A DNA stretch of 64,000 nt from Candidatus Woesearchaeota archaeon (GTDB taxonomy: Archaea > Nanobdellota > Nanobdellia > Woesearchaeales > UBA583): NCBI GenBank assembly GCA_965205335.1, contig OZ242164.1:1056001-1120000 (forward strand), read 5' to 3'. Below the pieces are notes generated by a model. The model saw only the letters and a list, made by a program, of their open reading frames with translations. It was not told the DNA's origin and searched no databases. The position numbers were made by a program, and so were the translations under genes. Of the stretch, positions 18,878 through 29,802 are shown piece after piece. Each line of letters begins with the position of its first letter. Positions within the stretch are counted from its first letter, which is position 1.

Positions 18878-18984
18878 CAAGAGTTAAAAATTTTAGATTT
18901 TTATTTTGAAGGAAATTTTATATATTTATTATTTATATTCTAATAATATTTATAAACACAAACAAATTAATTCTATTGTGTAAT

Positions 18985-19056
18985 GGCGGGGTGGCCAAGT
19001 GGTTAAGGCAAGAGGCTGCAACCCTCTGATCGGGAGTTCGAATCTCCCCTCCGCCT
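18985..19056 (+). tRNA. tRNA-Cys(GCA)
   Basis: GGCGGGG/CTCCGCC acceptor, AGAGG-CT GCA AC-CCTCT, GTTCGAATC. Confidence 0.95.
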
Positions 19057-19135
19057 TTTGTTTTTTGCAAGAAACTATTTTTTACCCAAAGTAACATCTA
19101 AAAAGATTTATAAACTTATAAGTGTGGAGTAATTT

Positions 19136-19519
19136 ATGGTTTCGCAACTTCCTCTTCTAACGTTTAATTCTTTGTATGGGATACGCCGAGAGGAGAAAAG
19201 ATATAAGATACTTCAAACACTTCCTGAAAGGTTTTATGAGGCATTAGAGAATTTTTTTAGTTCCAAGAAATCAGAGATAAAAAAGTTAAAGGAGAATAAG
19301 GATGAGGAGAGATATTTAAAGGAAAGAAGAATTTACAAGAACTCAAAAAAGATAGTTCAGGAACTAATTTCATTGAGGTTAAGCAAAATTTCAAGTTCGG
19401 CAATTAAATCATGTTTGTTTGGAGATAGTTTTCTCTCGGAAAATACACTGGAGAGAGAAAAAGATTTTTTTAATGCAGTTAATAAGGAATCATTAAAGAT
19501 TAAAAAGGATTTAATATAA
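19136..19519 (+). CDS. GINS subunit (Gins51-like A-domain only)
   Basis: LT...LY...R.EK....LQ.LP..FY; R..KI...A; no C-terminal B-domain. Confidence 0.6.
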   Translation: MVSQLPLLTFNSLYGIRREEKRYKILQTLPERFYEALENFFSSKKSEIKKLKENKDEERYLKERRIYKNSKKIVQELISLRLSKISSSAIKSCLFGDSFLSENTLEREKDFFNAVNKESLKIKKDLI

Positions 19520-19520
19520 A

Positions 19521-20585
19521 ATGGCATCAGACAAAACATTAGAGAATGTTAGAGATAAAAGATTTTCAAAAGAGATAGAGAAGTATTTCATAATAGGTGT
19601 TAGTATATTATTTCTAATTCTTACAGTATTTGTATTAAAAGGACTTTTTTCAGTAATTGTGTTTAGTCTTATTATCTCTTATTTTATGTATCCAATGTAT
19701 CAGTATTTTGAAAATAAAATTAATAACAAGAAGTTATCTTCGCTATTGACAATTCTTATTATGACACTTTTGATATTTGTCCCTTTTGCTCTTTTATCAT
19801 ATTTTTTAATTCTTAGTATAATCAAAACTATTTTGCAATATAATATTTACATTGAACATCCCGAAATTTTAAATGATGCGTTTGTTAGTTTTTTAGAGAA
19901 ATTCACAAATTCAACCGTCTTATCCTCTGTTAATTTTTCAGAGATATTTTCAACATTAGTAATATATGTATCAGATTTTGCAAAGGGATTTTTTTCATTT
20001 ATTCCGTTAGCACTTTTTTATTTTTTTATTACCCTTTTTTTAACTTATTACATTCTCGTTTACAATAGAAAAATTTTATTTTATGTTAATGAACATGTTC
20101 CCTTAAGCATAGAGAAACAAAAAGAGATATTAGATAATATTAAAAAGAATATTAATGTCTTGTTTCGAGGACATTTTTTAACAGGAGTTATCCAGACATT
20201 AGTTGCATTATTTGGGTATATTATTTTCGGTACTCCAAATATTCTAATTCTAACAGCTTTAACGTTTATCGTAAGTTTGATTCCATATCTGGGAACTCCT
20301 TTGGTATGGATTCCTGTGAGTTTTTACATGATTATGATAGGGGAAACATTTGGAGGTACTGCATTGTTTCTTTATGGAGTTTTTGTAATAAGTACAATTG
20401 ATAATTTCATAAGACCTATTTTAATGAGTGATAAGGATACACTTTCTCCACCTATAGTATTTGTTGGGTTTTTGGGAGGATTTATTACGTTTGGGATTAG
20501 TGGAATCTTCTTAGGACCTATTATTATTTCAATTACAGTAACTCTCTTAAAATACTTGAAAGAGTATTATGTGAAGTCATATTAG
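19521..20585 (+). CDS. AI-2E family transporter
   Basis: IPYLGTPLVWIP, DNFIRP, GG...FG..GIFLGP. Confidence 0.9.
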   Translation: MASDKTLENVRDKRFSKEIEKYFIIGVSILFLILTVFVLKGLFSVIVFSLIISYFMYPMYQYFENKINNKKLSSLLTILIMTLLIFVPFALLSYFLILSIIKTILQYNIYIEHPEILNDAFVSFLEKFTNSTVLSSVNFSEIFSTLVIYVSDFAKGFFSFIPLALFYFFITLFLTYYILVYNRKILFYVNEHVPLSIEKQKEILDNIKKNINVLFRGHFLTGVIQTLVALFGYIIFGTPNILILTALTFIVSLIPYLGTPLVWIPVSFYMIMIGETFGGTALFLYGVFVISTIDNFIRPILMSDKDTLSPPIVFVGFLGGFITFGISGIFLGPIIISITVTLLKYLKEYYVKSY

Positions 20586-20648
20586 GATGCAATATATATG
20601 TATATGTATCTTAGAAATATATATAAATTGAAATACATTCCCTTAATT

Positions 20649-21596
20649 ATGGAGCAAAGAAAAATCATTAAATTTGGTAATTCTTCATATGTCATAACTC
20701 TTCCTTTAGAATGGGTTAAAAAGCATGAATTAAATAAAGGTGATTGTATTGCGATGGCAGAAAATGAAGATTCAATTATAATTTCAGTTGAGAAGCAAGA
20801 AAGTGATAAAACAGCACAAATATCTCTTGATAATGTTCCATTAAAATTGTTTAACAAACAGTTAATATCTTATTACCTGAAAAATTTTAAGTATATTAAA
20901 ATTACTTGCCAGAATTGTATTGAGAGATTAGAAGAGATTAAAGCCTTAAAGGAAAAACTTTCTTCTGTTGAAATTGTTGAGATTCAAAGAGATTATATTA
21001 TTCTGAAAGATTTAACAAGTCCTGAAAAGTTGAATATTCATTCATTGATTAGTGAAATTATTAATATGGAGAAACTTCTGTTTAGAGAGTTGAGAAAAGG
21101 GGAAGGAAGAGATAGACAACATTTGCTAACAAGTTTGGATGCAAATGTAAATAAGCTGTCTTTTTTAGCATATAAGGCAATTAATTATAATTTGGATTCT
21201 TGGAAAAACCCAAGGGAAGTAAAGGATACAATCCATTATAGAAGGATCGTTAGTTCGTTTGAGGAATTAGGGGATGTGTTAAAGATGCTTGAATTCTATG
21301 TTAGAGAGGATAAGCCTTACATGCCACAAATTTATTCAACAATTAAAGATTTGGAGAATTATTTTACTTTTATCGCATCATTAATAACACTTGAAAGTAA
21401 TTTGGATAATAATTTAGAACTTTATTTGGATAAGAAACAATCTCTTCTAAGACAGTTTGAAGATTTAAGGGACAGTTTTGGAGAGGATGTAAATTTATTT
21501 CTTGTGATAAAGCAGTTATTTAAAGGGATTATCGCACGATTAGAGAGTATTCTGCTTTCTGTAATTGATTTAAATTGTAATAATTGTTCCGCCTGA
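20649..21596 (+). CDS. AbrB/MazE-PhoU phosphate uptake regulator
   Basis: RKIIKFGNSSYVITLP.EWV...L.KGD, then helical PhoU region. Confidence 0.8.
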   Translation: MEQRKIIKFGNSSYVITLPLEWVKKHELNKGDCIAMAENEDSIIISVEKQESDKTAQISLDNVPLKLFNKQLISYYLKNFKYIKITCQNCIERLEEIKALKEKLSSVEIVEIQRDYIILKDLTSPEKLNIHSLISEIINMEKLLFRELRKGEGRDRQHLLTSLDANVNKLSFLAYKAINYNLDSWKNPREVKDTIHYRRIVSSFEELGDVLKMLEFYVREDKPYMPQIYSTIKDLENYFTFIASLITLESNLDNNLELYLDKKQSLLRQFEDLRDSFGEDVNLFLVIKQLFKGIIARLESILLSVIDLNCNNCSA

Positions 21597-21673
21597 AAAA
21601 TAAGGCTTTTTTAAGTTTGTTGAGCTTGATGATTGTAAATAAAGTTTTTAAAGCAGTATAATTATAGTTTTTT

Positions 21674-23299
21674 ATGGGTAAAATTTTTGGTAAGAGAATT
21701 ATTTTAGTTGTTGTTGGTTTTGGTTTGATTTTTTATGGTTTGTATAGTCTGTTTGGGAATTTTTTACCATTCTTTAAATCAGAGCATGATGGAGAGTTAG
21801 AAGTAATTTTTTCATTAGGAGATATTTTAATTGCATTTGGTGTTACAATGCTTGGTTTGTCTTTGTATTATGTTGGTAAGTACTGGCGCAAGTCTCTTAA
21901 ATATTTAACAAGTTTGTCTGTCTCGTTTGCTTTGCTACTTTTAACTTTTTCAATGATTTTATATCCGATAAATTCTAATGCACAAGAAATTGTAGATTCA
22001 ACTCAGCCAAGTATAGATTATTTAGTAACCAATTCTCTGGATGTAGGTTTTAATAATTTAACAGAGATTTACTATGGAAAAAATCTGACTCTTGAGTTAT
22101 ATGAAAATGTGGATGTAGAAAAGTACTATGTTAATTCTCTTAATGTCAATCAGGTGGATACTCTAGCGCAGATTCTTGGGTATAGTTATAAGAAGTATAT
22201 GGATAAATTTATTCTTTCACAATATGCAGTTTCAATAATATATAATCAGATAGCAGTTTTGTCGCCAAAAATCTTGGATGCACCAGTTACACTAAATTCA
22301 ATAATTGAGAGAGTTGATTTTTCTTTGATTGGAAATTTAAATCCAAGTTTGCTTCAAAGTAATTATCCTATAAATGATAAGGCATATTTTACTGTTCTTT
22401 TGCCAAGAGATTTTCAAACAAGGATTGTTTCAATAGGAAATGTTTCTGATGAGGATATTGACTCAATTTGGCCAAATACGAAGCTTGGTTATTCTAATTC
22501 GTTAGAGCATAAGAGAAGAGTTATAGATATAACTTTATCAATGGTTTCAAGTGAATTAAATAATTCAAATGTTGAAACTTCTTCATTTCCTGTTCCAACG
22601 GTTTTTGCTCTAATTCCTGAAAATATCAGGGTATTTTTTTCATATGATTTTCTTAATCCAAATGTTTCAAAGAGAGTTTTGGAGGTTGGAAGAATGCGTA
22701 GTGATTGCGTTAGTGGAAGTTTGACAAATGAGCAGGTGTGTTCTGGAATTGTAGCCACAGAGTATGGGAATTTTATTGCAAATATTGGAAATTTGTCCCA
22801 GATAGGAGATAGTTGGGTGTCGTTTAATGTGTCTAAAACTCTTGAACCTGTAAATACTATTGAAAAGCTTGAGAGAGAGATTAAAGAAGTGTCAAGTTTG
22901 TGGAAAGTTTCTTTAATTGTTGCAATGTTTTTCTTTATTCTTGCATTTGTACTGTATTTTTGTCATTTCAAGTTGTCTAAGAAGGAAGTAGTTTTCTGGT
23001 ATATACCATATTATATTTCAAAGCTTAATTTGTTAGGTTTTGTATCTGTGTTCATTTTGATTTTGGTTGGTAGATTAGTTTTATATTCAGATAGATTTGT
23101 TGAGTTAATTTCATATGTTGTTGGCAAGGATTCAAATCAGATTATTCCAAAGGAAGTTTTTTTAAGCCTTCCTGCTTATCAGGTAACTGTTGATGTAACT
23201 TCTCAGATTGCAGCTTTGTCTTTGTACTATCTATTTTTTAGTGTCATTCTGTTTGCATTTTTTCATTTTATTCTTAAGAAGTCAGTTGACGTTTATTGA
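21674..23299 (+). CDS. membrane protein with large extracellular domain
   Basis: About three N-terminal and three C-terminal hydrophobic helices. Confidence 0.7.
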   Translation: MGKIFGKRIILVVVGFGLIFYGLYSLFGNFLPFFKSEHDGELEVIFSLGDILIAFGVTMLGLSLYYVGKYWRKSLKYLTSLSVSFALLLLTFSMILYPINSNAQEIVDSTQPSIDYLVTNSLDVGFNNLTEIYYGKNLTLELYENVDVEKYYVNSLNVNQVDTLAQILGYSYKKYMDKFILSQYAVSIIYNQIAVLSPKILDAPVTLNSIIERVDFSLIGNLNPSLLQSNYPINDKAYFTVLLPRDFQTRIVSIGNVSDEDIDSIWPNTKLGYSNSLEHKRRVIDITLSMVSSELNNSNVETSSFPVPTVFALIPENIRVFFSYDFLNPNVSKRVLEVGRMRSDCVSGSLTNEQVCSGIVATEYGNFIANIGNLSQIGDSWVSFNVSKTLEPVNTIEKLEREIKEVSSLWKVSLIVAMFFFILAFVLYFCHFKLSKKEVVFWYIPYYISKLNLLGFVSVFILILVGRLVLYSDRFVELISYVVGKDSNQIIPKEVFLSLPAYQVTVDVTSQIAALSLYYLFFSVILFAFFHFILKKSVDVY

Positions 23300-23377
23300 T
23301 TTCTATTGGTTCTTTTAGGATTAATCACTTTGTAATTGTTATAAATAAATAAAATCGTTAGGACTTGAAGATATTAT

Positions 23378-23821
23378 ATGTTAGGTAAGACTCTTTTAAC
23401 TCCAGTGGATGATATTGTTGATTATGTGAAGGAAAAGCAAAATTGTACTATTTCATATCTTAAGGATAAGTTGAATGTACCCTCAAATGTTTTGGAAAGG
23501 TGGCTTGTAATACTTGATGAGAGTGAAGTAGTTACGATGCATTATAGAGGGTTTGAAGGGTTCGTGAGTCTTACAGAAAAGCAAAAAGATGAGGACAACA
23601 AGGGATCGGATATTGAAAAAATAGAGCAGGTTTTCATTGAGAAATGCAGAAAGAAGAATTTAAGTTTTGATAAGATGCAAGAACTTTGGCCAAAGTTTTT
23701 AGAGGAATATATTAATGAGATAAAAAAAGAGTTTTTTGAGAAGGCAAAGAAGAGAGGGTTTAATGAGAAGAAGACTGAAAAGGCTTGGGGAAAGTTTAAG
23801 GAGAGTTTGAAGTCGTTATAA
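23378..23821 (+). CDS. wHTH-like hypothetical protein heading the pilus operon
   Basis: TPVD....VK......I......L.VP...LERWL..L. Confidence 0.6.
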   Translation: MLGKTLLTPVDDIVDYVKEKQNCTISYLKDKLNVPSNVLERWLVILDESEVVTMHYRGFEGFVSLTEKQKDEDNKGSDIEKIEQVFIEKCRKKNLSFDKMQELWPKFLEEYINEIKKEFFEKAKKRGFNEKKTEKAWGKFKESLKSL

Positions 23822-23822
23822 A

Positions 23823-25667
23823 ATGGAAAAAGAAATAGATAAGTTTTTAGATGATATGGAAGAGGACGAGGAGGAACCTACGGGAGAGGAAGTTGTAAAG
23901 ATAGAAGGGAGGGAGAAAAAGGAAGAAAAGCCTATTGATTTGTCTTTTGATGAGGGGTTGAAGAGAAAGTTTCAGGAATTGAGTCAAAGAATAAATGAGG
24001 AGGACTTTAAGTTTCTTGTCAAGGCTTATGAGGAGGTTAAAAAATTTGATGAAACTCTGCCTTCAAAGTTATTTGGAATTAATAAGGTTTCAAGTGATTC
24101 AGTTATACAGATGGGTTCAAAGTATAGTGATGAATTCTTGAAATTGGTAGATAATCGCGCAAATTCTCTAAATTTTTCAATAAGAAATAATTTGGCTCAA
24201 GTGGATAAGGCTTTGGCTGAGAATAATTTTGGAAATGTAATTTATTATTTTAATGAGGTTTCAAAGTTGTATAAGGTGTTTCCAAAGGAGTTTATGGAGC
24301 AGAAGATGGAACTTGGAAAGGAGTTAAGATTGAAGGAGATTAAGATAAATGAGAAGTTTGAAATTTATAAGAAAGGGGAGTTAGGAAGAGTGCGTGAAGA
24401 GATAATTAGTCTTATAGCCAATCTGAGACAGTCTTTAAGGTCTGAAAATATTTTGGAGATTGAAAGTAATATTAGTAAGTTGATTTTTACTGTTGATATG
24501 ATTCCAAGGGTGTTTTATTCAGATTTGACAAAAGAGAGAACTAGTGTTGCAAAGATACTTGTTATATCAGAAGATTTTCTAAAAAAGGAATATGAAAAAG
24601 ATTTTAATAGGAAAAAAGAAGAGATCCAAATTTTAATAGATAAGTATCACAAGTACCAAAATGATAAGAATAGTCCTAATGCTCTTGCAACTTACAACGA
24701 AATTTTAATTTTGTTTGAGAAGATTCCTGATGTGTTTATAAAGAAAAAACTTGATTTGTATAGGCAGATAACAAGTGTTTTTAATGGATTGAATAATTTA
24801 ATTCTTTCGGACAATATTAATTATTTTATGAAGATTTATGAGGCAAGTAAGGTTATTGAGAATACAAGGGATTATATTAGTTATGTGAAGAGAACTAATA
24901 GGTATAATGCTTCACTTGTCAATGATTTTAGAAGTAAGTTACTTAGGGTTCCAGCGAGTTTGAAGACAGAGACAGAAGACTTGATTAGGGATTTGGATTT
25001 GTTCGACAAGGGGAATTCTCCTCAGTTAGGTGTGATAAATAAGGTTGAAGAGAAGAGTGTACCTCCCAAGATTTTAATTAATAATAATTTTGAACAGGAG
25101 AGTGTTAATCCTGATTTTTTAAAGAATTTTAATATTTATTATAATAAGTTAAAGAATGAGAAGGATAAGGAAAAGGCAATGGAATATTATAGGCAGATAG
25201 TTTTTTGTTTGAAATCTCTTGATATTGATGATAGTGCAAGAGCAGAGATTATTAGCAAGATTGAGGAGTCTTTTAAGAAGAATGGAATATTAGAAGAGTC
25301 AAAGGCAGATATGAAGAGTAATAAAGTTAAGGCTGTAAGTGAGAAGAGTTCACAAGTGTTTCCTGTTATGGAGAACAATAATGCTAAGGCAATAAGCAGA
25401 GAGAGTTCTGATGAGATTGTTAAGGAGGATTTGGGTTTGAAAGATGAGGATTTGCATAGAACTATTAATTTAAAGGTTATAAGTGAGGCTTATAATTATT
25501 ATAATAAGTTAAAGAATGAGAGAGATAGAGATAAGGCTATAAAGGATAGCAAAAAAATAGCTTTTTATTTGAATGCGGCAGGTATTGATGAGGATATTAA
25601 AAGGAGAATTCTTCTTAGAGTAAGGGAGTTGGTAAATCAAAATATAAAAAATGGAAGTTATAGATAA
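23823..25667 (+). CDS. helical/coiled-coil hypothetical protein
   Basis: 614-aa charged ORF overlapping the ATPase start; duplicated YYNKLKNE module. Confidence 0.7.
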   Translation: MEKEIDKFLDDMEEDEEEPTGEEVVKIEGREKKEEKPIDLSFDEGLKRKFQELSQRINEEDFKFLVKAYEEVKKFDETLPSKLFGINKVSSDSVIQMGSKYSDEFLKLVDNRANSLNFSIRNNLAQVDKALAENNFGNVIYYFNEVSKLYKVFPKEFMEQKMELGKELRLKEIKINEKFEIYKKGELGRVREEIISLIANLRQSLRSENILEIESNISKLIFTVDMIPRVFYSDLTKERTSVAKILVISEDFLKKEYEKDFNRKKEEIQILIDKYHKYQNDKNSPNALATYNEILILFEKIPDVFIKKKLDLYRQITSVFNGLNNLILSDNINYFMKIYEASKVIENTRDYISYVKRTNRYNASLVNDFRSKLLRVPASLKTETEDLIRDLDLFDKGNSPQLGVINKVEEKSVPPKILINNNFEQESVNPDFLKNFNIYYNKLKNEKDKEKAMEYYRQIVFCLKSLDIDDSARAEIISKIEESFKKNGILEESKADMKSNKVKAVSEKSSQVFPVMENNNAKAISRESSDEIVKEDLGLKDEDLHRTINLKVISEAYNYYNKLKNERDRDKAIKDSKKIAFYLNAAGIDEDIKRRILLRVRELVNQNIKNGSYR

Positions 25668-27177
25668 GTATGATATATTTTTTGAAAATACAATTATTCC
25701 TATTTTGATTTATAGAGATAAAGATGATTTAGTTCCGACATATGAGGTAGGGATTTTGGAAATAGGTAAGTATACTAATATGGTGGTTGAGAAGGTAAAG
25801 GAAGATTTGCTAAGGGAAGGTATTTTTGAACAGAAAACTTCGCAGACAATAGGTGATCTTTCGTATGAGGATTTAAAGAAGGCATATATAAGCAAAGTTG
25901 AGGAGTTAATTAAGTATTATTTGCCAATGCTTGATTTTGAGACAAGAGAGAATTTAGTGACATATATTATTCAGAGATCGCTTGATCTGGGTTTTGTGGA
26001 TATTTTAATTTCGGATTCTGGAATTGAGGAGATTACTGTTAATGGGTCAGAGTCTCAAGTTATGATTTATCATAGAAAGTATGGGTGGCTGAAGACTAAT
26101 TTGAAATTTTTGTCTGATGGTGAGATTAAGAGCATTGCAACGAGAATTGCTCTTGATAATAGAAAGTTCTATTCAAATTTAACTCCATTACTTGATGCTC
26201 ATTTGAGAGGGGGACACCGTGTGAATGCAACACTTGATGCTGTATCTAAGAATGGAAGTACTATAACAATTAGACGGTTTTCGGATAAGCCTTGGACTGT
26301 TTCTGATTTGATAAATACAAAGACTTCTTCGTCAACTGTTCTTGCTTTGATTTGGATTGCAATTGAGAATGAGTTGTCAATTATTGTGGCAGGTGGTACT
26401 GGTTCAGGTAAGACTTCGTTTCTGAATGCCATTTCATCGTTTATTCCAGCAGATCAGAGAATTATTTCAATTGAGGATACAAGAGAGATTAGATTGCCTG
26501 AATATGCTCACTGGGTTCCAATGGAGGCAAGGCAACCAAATCAGGAAGGAAGAGGAGAGGTTTCTATGCTTGATTTGATTATTAATTCTCTTCGTATGAG
26601 ACCTGATAGGATAATTATTGGAGAGATTAGAAAGAAGGCGGAAGCTGAGGTTTTGTTTGAGGCAATGAGAACAGGGCATAGTGTTTACGGGACTTTTCAT
26701 GCTAATACTGCAAATGAGACTGTGTTAAGACTTTCAAATGCACCTATTGAGATTCCTAAGATTTCTCTTAATGCTTTAGGGCTTGTGGTAGTGCAACACA
26801 GAGACAGGAAATCAGGGCGAAGAATAACTCTTCAGGTTGCAGAGGTTAATGAGAGAGGTGATGAGAATGTTGTTTTTGCGTATCATCCAAAGATGAAGAA
26901 GTATATTTATAGGAACAAGCCTTATTCTCTGCTTAAAAAATTTGAAGAATTTCAGGGAATTTCTGAAAAGGAATTTTTTAGTATGGTTAAAGAGAGAGCG
27001 GCAGTTCTAAGTTATATGGCAAAGTTTAAGATTGATAGTATAGATGAGGTTGGGTTAATTATTAATAAGTTTTATTCTAATAAATCAAAGCTTTTTAGAG
27101 AGATTAAAAGAAAGATGATTTCCCGGAGGAAAAAGTCTCTTCGCAAAAGAGAGATGTTAAATGTGAGAGATAAATGA
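25651..27177 (+). CDS. type IV pilus/Tad assembly ATPase (CpaF/VirB11 family)
   Basis: GGTGSGKT, SIEDTRE, LRMRPDRIIIGEIR, TGH...GTFHA. Confidence 0.95.
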   Translation: MEVIDKYDIFFENTIIPILIYRDKDDLVPTYEVGILEIGKYTNMVVEKVKEDLLREGIFEQKTSQTIGDLSYEDLKKAYISKVEELIKYYLPMLDFETRENLVTYIIQRSLDLGFVDILISDSGIEEITVNGSESQVMIYHRKYGWLKTNLKFLSDGEIKSIATRIALDNRKFYSNLTPLLDAHLRGGHRVNATLDAVSKNGSTITIRRFSDKPWTVSDLINTKTSSSTVLALIWIAIENELSIIVAGGTGSGKTSFLNAISSFIPADQRIISIEDTREIRLPEYAHWVPMEARQPNQEGRGEVSMLDLIINSLRMRPDRIIIGEIRKKAEAEVLFEAMRTGHSVYGTFHANTANETVLRLSNAPIEIPKISLNALGLVVVQHRDRKSGRRITLQVAEVNERGDENVVFAYHPKMKKYIYRNKPYSLLKKFEEFQGISEKEFFSMVKERAAVLSYMAKFKIDSIDEVGLIINKFYSNKSKLFREIKRKMISRRKKSLRKREMLNVRDK

Positions 27178-27992
27178 TTCTTAAAAATTTTATTAGAGGG
27201 GTGGTTCGTAACCATCCTGAATTGAGAATGAAGTTAAAGAGTGCTTCAAGTAATCAAACGCCTTTTCAGTATGTGTATATGGCAATAGCTATGACATTTT
27301 TTAGTGTTATTGCGTTAGTGGTTATTTTTTTTTTAATTTTTTTGGATGATATTTTGATTTTGGGAGGAATTCTTGCTCTCTTGATAATTATTATTCCTAT
27401 TGTGTATAGGTTTTGGTTTAATATTGTTGATGTTCAGATAAGAAAGAAAGCAAGAGATATTGAAGGGGATTTATTGTTTATTTCTGAGTATTTTCTTGTA
27501 AGTCTTGAGTCAGGGCTGCCTTTGGGAAATGCTATTGAGAGAATTAGTAAACTTGATAGACCAGGGGGAGTGTTTTTTAAGAAGGTTTTTACGGAGTTTC
27601 AAACTGGAAAGGATTTGGAAGAGGCTTTAGAGGAGGGAGAGAATTTTTGTCCTAATAATAGTTTGAAAGTGCTTTTGAAGAGGTTAAAAGATAGTCTTGA
27701 AATTGGGGTTGATTTAAGGAAGATTCTTGAGAATTTTATTGAGGAGTCGTCTGAGAAAAAAATTATACAGGTTCGTGGGTATGCAAAGAAGTTAAATCCT
27801 ATTGTTACTATTTATCTTTTGCTTGGGATTGTTATTCCTTCTCTTGGAGTGACGTTCTTTATTCTTGGTTCAGCTTTTTTGAATCTGACACCTGATTTTC
27901 TTAGAGTGATTCTGTTTGGGATATTTTTGGCGATGTTTTTGTTTCAGTACATAGCATATACTGGATTTAGATTTTCAAGGTCCACGTTATGA
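27174..27992 (+). CDS. TadB/TadC-like (T2SS F) pilus platform protein
   Basis: LESGLPL.NAI, G.DLEEAL, TM helices; follows the ATPase. Confidence 0.88.
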   Translation: MILKNFIRGVVRNHPELRMKLKSASSNQTPFQYVYMAIAMTFFSVIALVVIFFLIFLDDILILGGILALLIIIIPIVYRFWFNIVDVQIRKKARDIEGDLLFISEYFLVSLESGLPLGNAIERISKLDRPGGVFFKKVFTEFQTGKDLEEALEEGENFCPNNSLKVLLKRLKDSLEIGVDLRKILENFIEESSEKKIIQVRGYAKKLNPIVTIYLLLGIVIPSLGVTFFILGSAFLNLTPDFLRVILFGIFLAMFLFQYIAYTGFRFSRSTL

Positions 27993-28003
27993 GGTGATTT
28001 TTT

Positions 28004-29056
28004 ATGGTTAGTTCAAAAAGATTAAATATGTATGATTTTGGGAAGGTTATTACTCCATACAAGTTTCTTTCTTTAAGGTATACAGTAGAGTTAGAGAATG
28101 TTTATGAGAAGGTGAATTTTAGGAATCTTAATTATGCTGTAATTTCTAAGTTGTTTTTTTTGTCGTTGCTTTTATCTGTTTGCTTGTATTTTTTTTCGTA
28201 TGAGATTTTGCTTGAGTATCTTGGTCAGTATTTGCAAGATAGGGGTATTACCGGTATTTTAAGCGTGTTTGCAACGTTTTTTGTGTATAGTTTGATACTT
28301 TATTATTGTGTGCTTTTGGGTTATCTTTTGTATAATCATGGAAGGTATAAGGTTATTGAGGAGGATATTGAGAGGGACTTGCCTGAGTTCATTGATAATT
28401 TGGTGTCTAATTTGAAGGGAGGTATTTCTATTGAGAAGGCTATTTTGAAGTCTGTTAGGTATGAGCAGAAGTCTCTTTTAAGGGAGGTTACTTTGATTAA
28501 TGAGAAGATTATGATGGGAGATAGTGTTTATAAGGTTTTAGAGGAGTTTCGGGCAAGATTTCCGTCACCTGTAATTAATCGTACTTTTCTTTTGATAGGA
28601 GAGGGAGTTCGGGGAGGAGGAAATTTGACTTCTCCTCTCGAGAGGATTTCTGAGAATTTGAAGAAGGTTTATCTGCTTGATGAGGAGATTAAGAATAGTT
28701 CAGCAGGGTTTTCTATAGTTATTCGTGGCATTGCCCTAATTCTTGCTCCTATATTGTTTTCTTTGGCTCTTACTATTTTGATTTTTGTTAGGGATTTGTT
28801 TGAGCTTCTAAGCAAGAGTGGAGGTGAGTTAGGTTCTTTTGCAAGTATTCCTCAGGAGTTTGTTTCATATTTAGAGGTGTTTTCGTATGCTATGATTTGT
28901 CTTATTACAATTTTTTCATGTTTGATTACATCTCAGTTGAAAAATGAGAGGCAGTTTGTGGCTTTTAAGTATATTCCTTTTTATTTGGTTTTTGTGATTT
29001 TGCTGTTTAACTTTATTTCAGGGATTTTGATTGGTTTTTTTGGAAATATTATTTAG
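28004..29056 (+). CDS. second TadC-like (T2SS F) platform protein
   Basis: IE.DLPEF...L.SNLKGGISIEKA, GG.L...L..I. Confidence 0.88.
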   Translation: MVSSKRLNMYDFGKVITPYKFLSLRYTVELENVYEKVNFRNLNYAVISKLFFLSLLLSVCLYFFSYEILLEYLGQYLQDRGITGILSVFATFFVYSLILYYCVLLGYLLYNHGRYKVIEEDIERDLPEFIDNLVSNLKGGISIEKAILKSVRYEQKSLLREVTLINEKIMMGDSVYKVLEEFRARFPSPVINRTFLLIGEGVRGGGNLTSPLERISENLKKVYLLDEEIKNSSAGFSIVIRGIALILAPILFSLALTILIFVRDLFELLSKSGGELGSFASIPQEFVSYLEVFSYAMICLITIFSCLITSQLKNERQFVAFKYIPFYLVFVILLFNFISGILIGFFGNII

Positions 29057-29119
29057 AAATTCCACACTGCTTAGAAGTGAAAAAGTAATATAAAGATTTT
29101 GAATTGTTTTATTAGTATT

Positions 29120-29728
29120 ATGAAATTTAGAAATAACAACAGGAAAGGTCAAGTAGCAGTTGAATTCCTAATGACATATGGTTGGATGCTTTTGATTGTG
29201 CTAATTGTTGGAGCCTTAGTCTTCAGTTTTGTAGACTTCGGGGGATTGCTTCCCAATTCTCTAAACTTTGATAAGAGCTTCAGAGGAGATGCATCGCAAA
29301 TGAATGTTATAAGTAATAGTGATGGTGGTGAGATGTTAATTGTTTTAGATTACGTAGGTACATCTGGAAGAATTCAAATTGATCCAGAAGGTATAAAATT
29401 TATACCTGATGGTGCTATTGGTGCTGTATGTGGTAGTGCAAATACTGGAAATGATTCTCGTTCAGGAATTAGAACATTTACTATGTCTAGTATTAACTCT
29501 ATATTTAGTGATGGTAAGACAAGAGGTAATGTTACTTTAATTGCTCCTAATGATGTTCTTCAACTATCAAGAGGAGATGGTTTAGTTGTTGATATTGAAT
29601 GTCCTAGTACTAATAGTCCTATAATCTCAGGTAACTCAATTGAAGGAATAGTTGAGGTTAAATACATAGATATAAGAACTAAAGTTGAACATACAACAGA
29701 AGGAGTTTTAAGAGCATCGGTTAATTAA
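29120..29728 (+). CDS. archaeal type IV pilin
   Basis: RKG|QVAVEFLMTYGWMLLIVLIV class III signal peptide. Confidence 0.88.
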   Translation: MKFRNNNRKGQVAVEFLMTYGWMLLIVLIVGALVFSFVDFGGLLPNSLNFDKSFRGDASQMNVISNSDGGEMLIVLDYVGTSGRIQIDPEGIKFIPDGAIGAVCGSANTGNDSRSGIRTFTMSSINSIFSDGKTRGNVTLIAPNDVLQLSRGDGLVVDIECPSTNSPIISGNSIEGIVEVKYIDIRTKVEHTTEGVLRASVN

Positions 29729-29802
29729 TTTTTTTAATATTGCTTTTATTATTTTCTCTTGAAAAAGAATAGATTTATTAATGATGAGAGGAGGATTATT
29801 TT

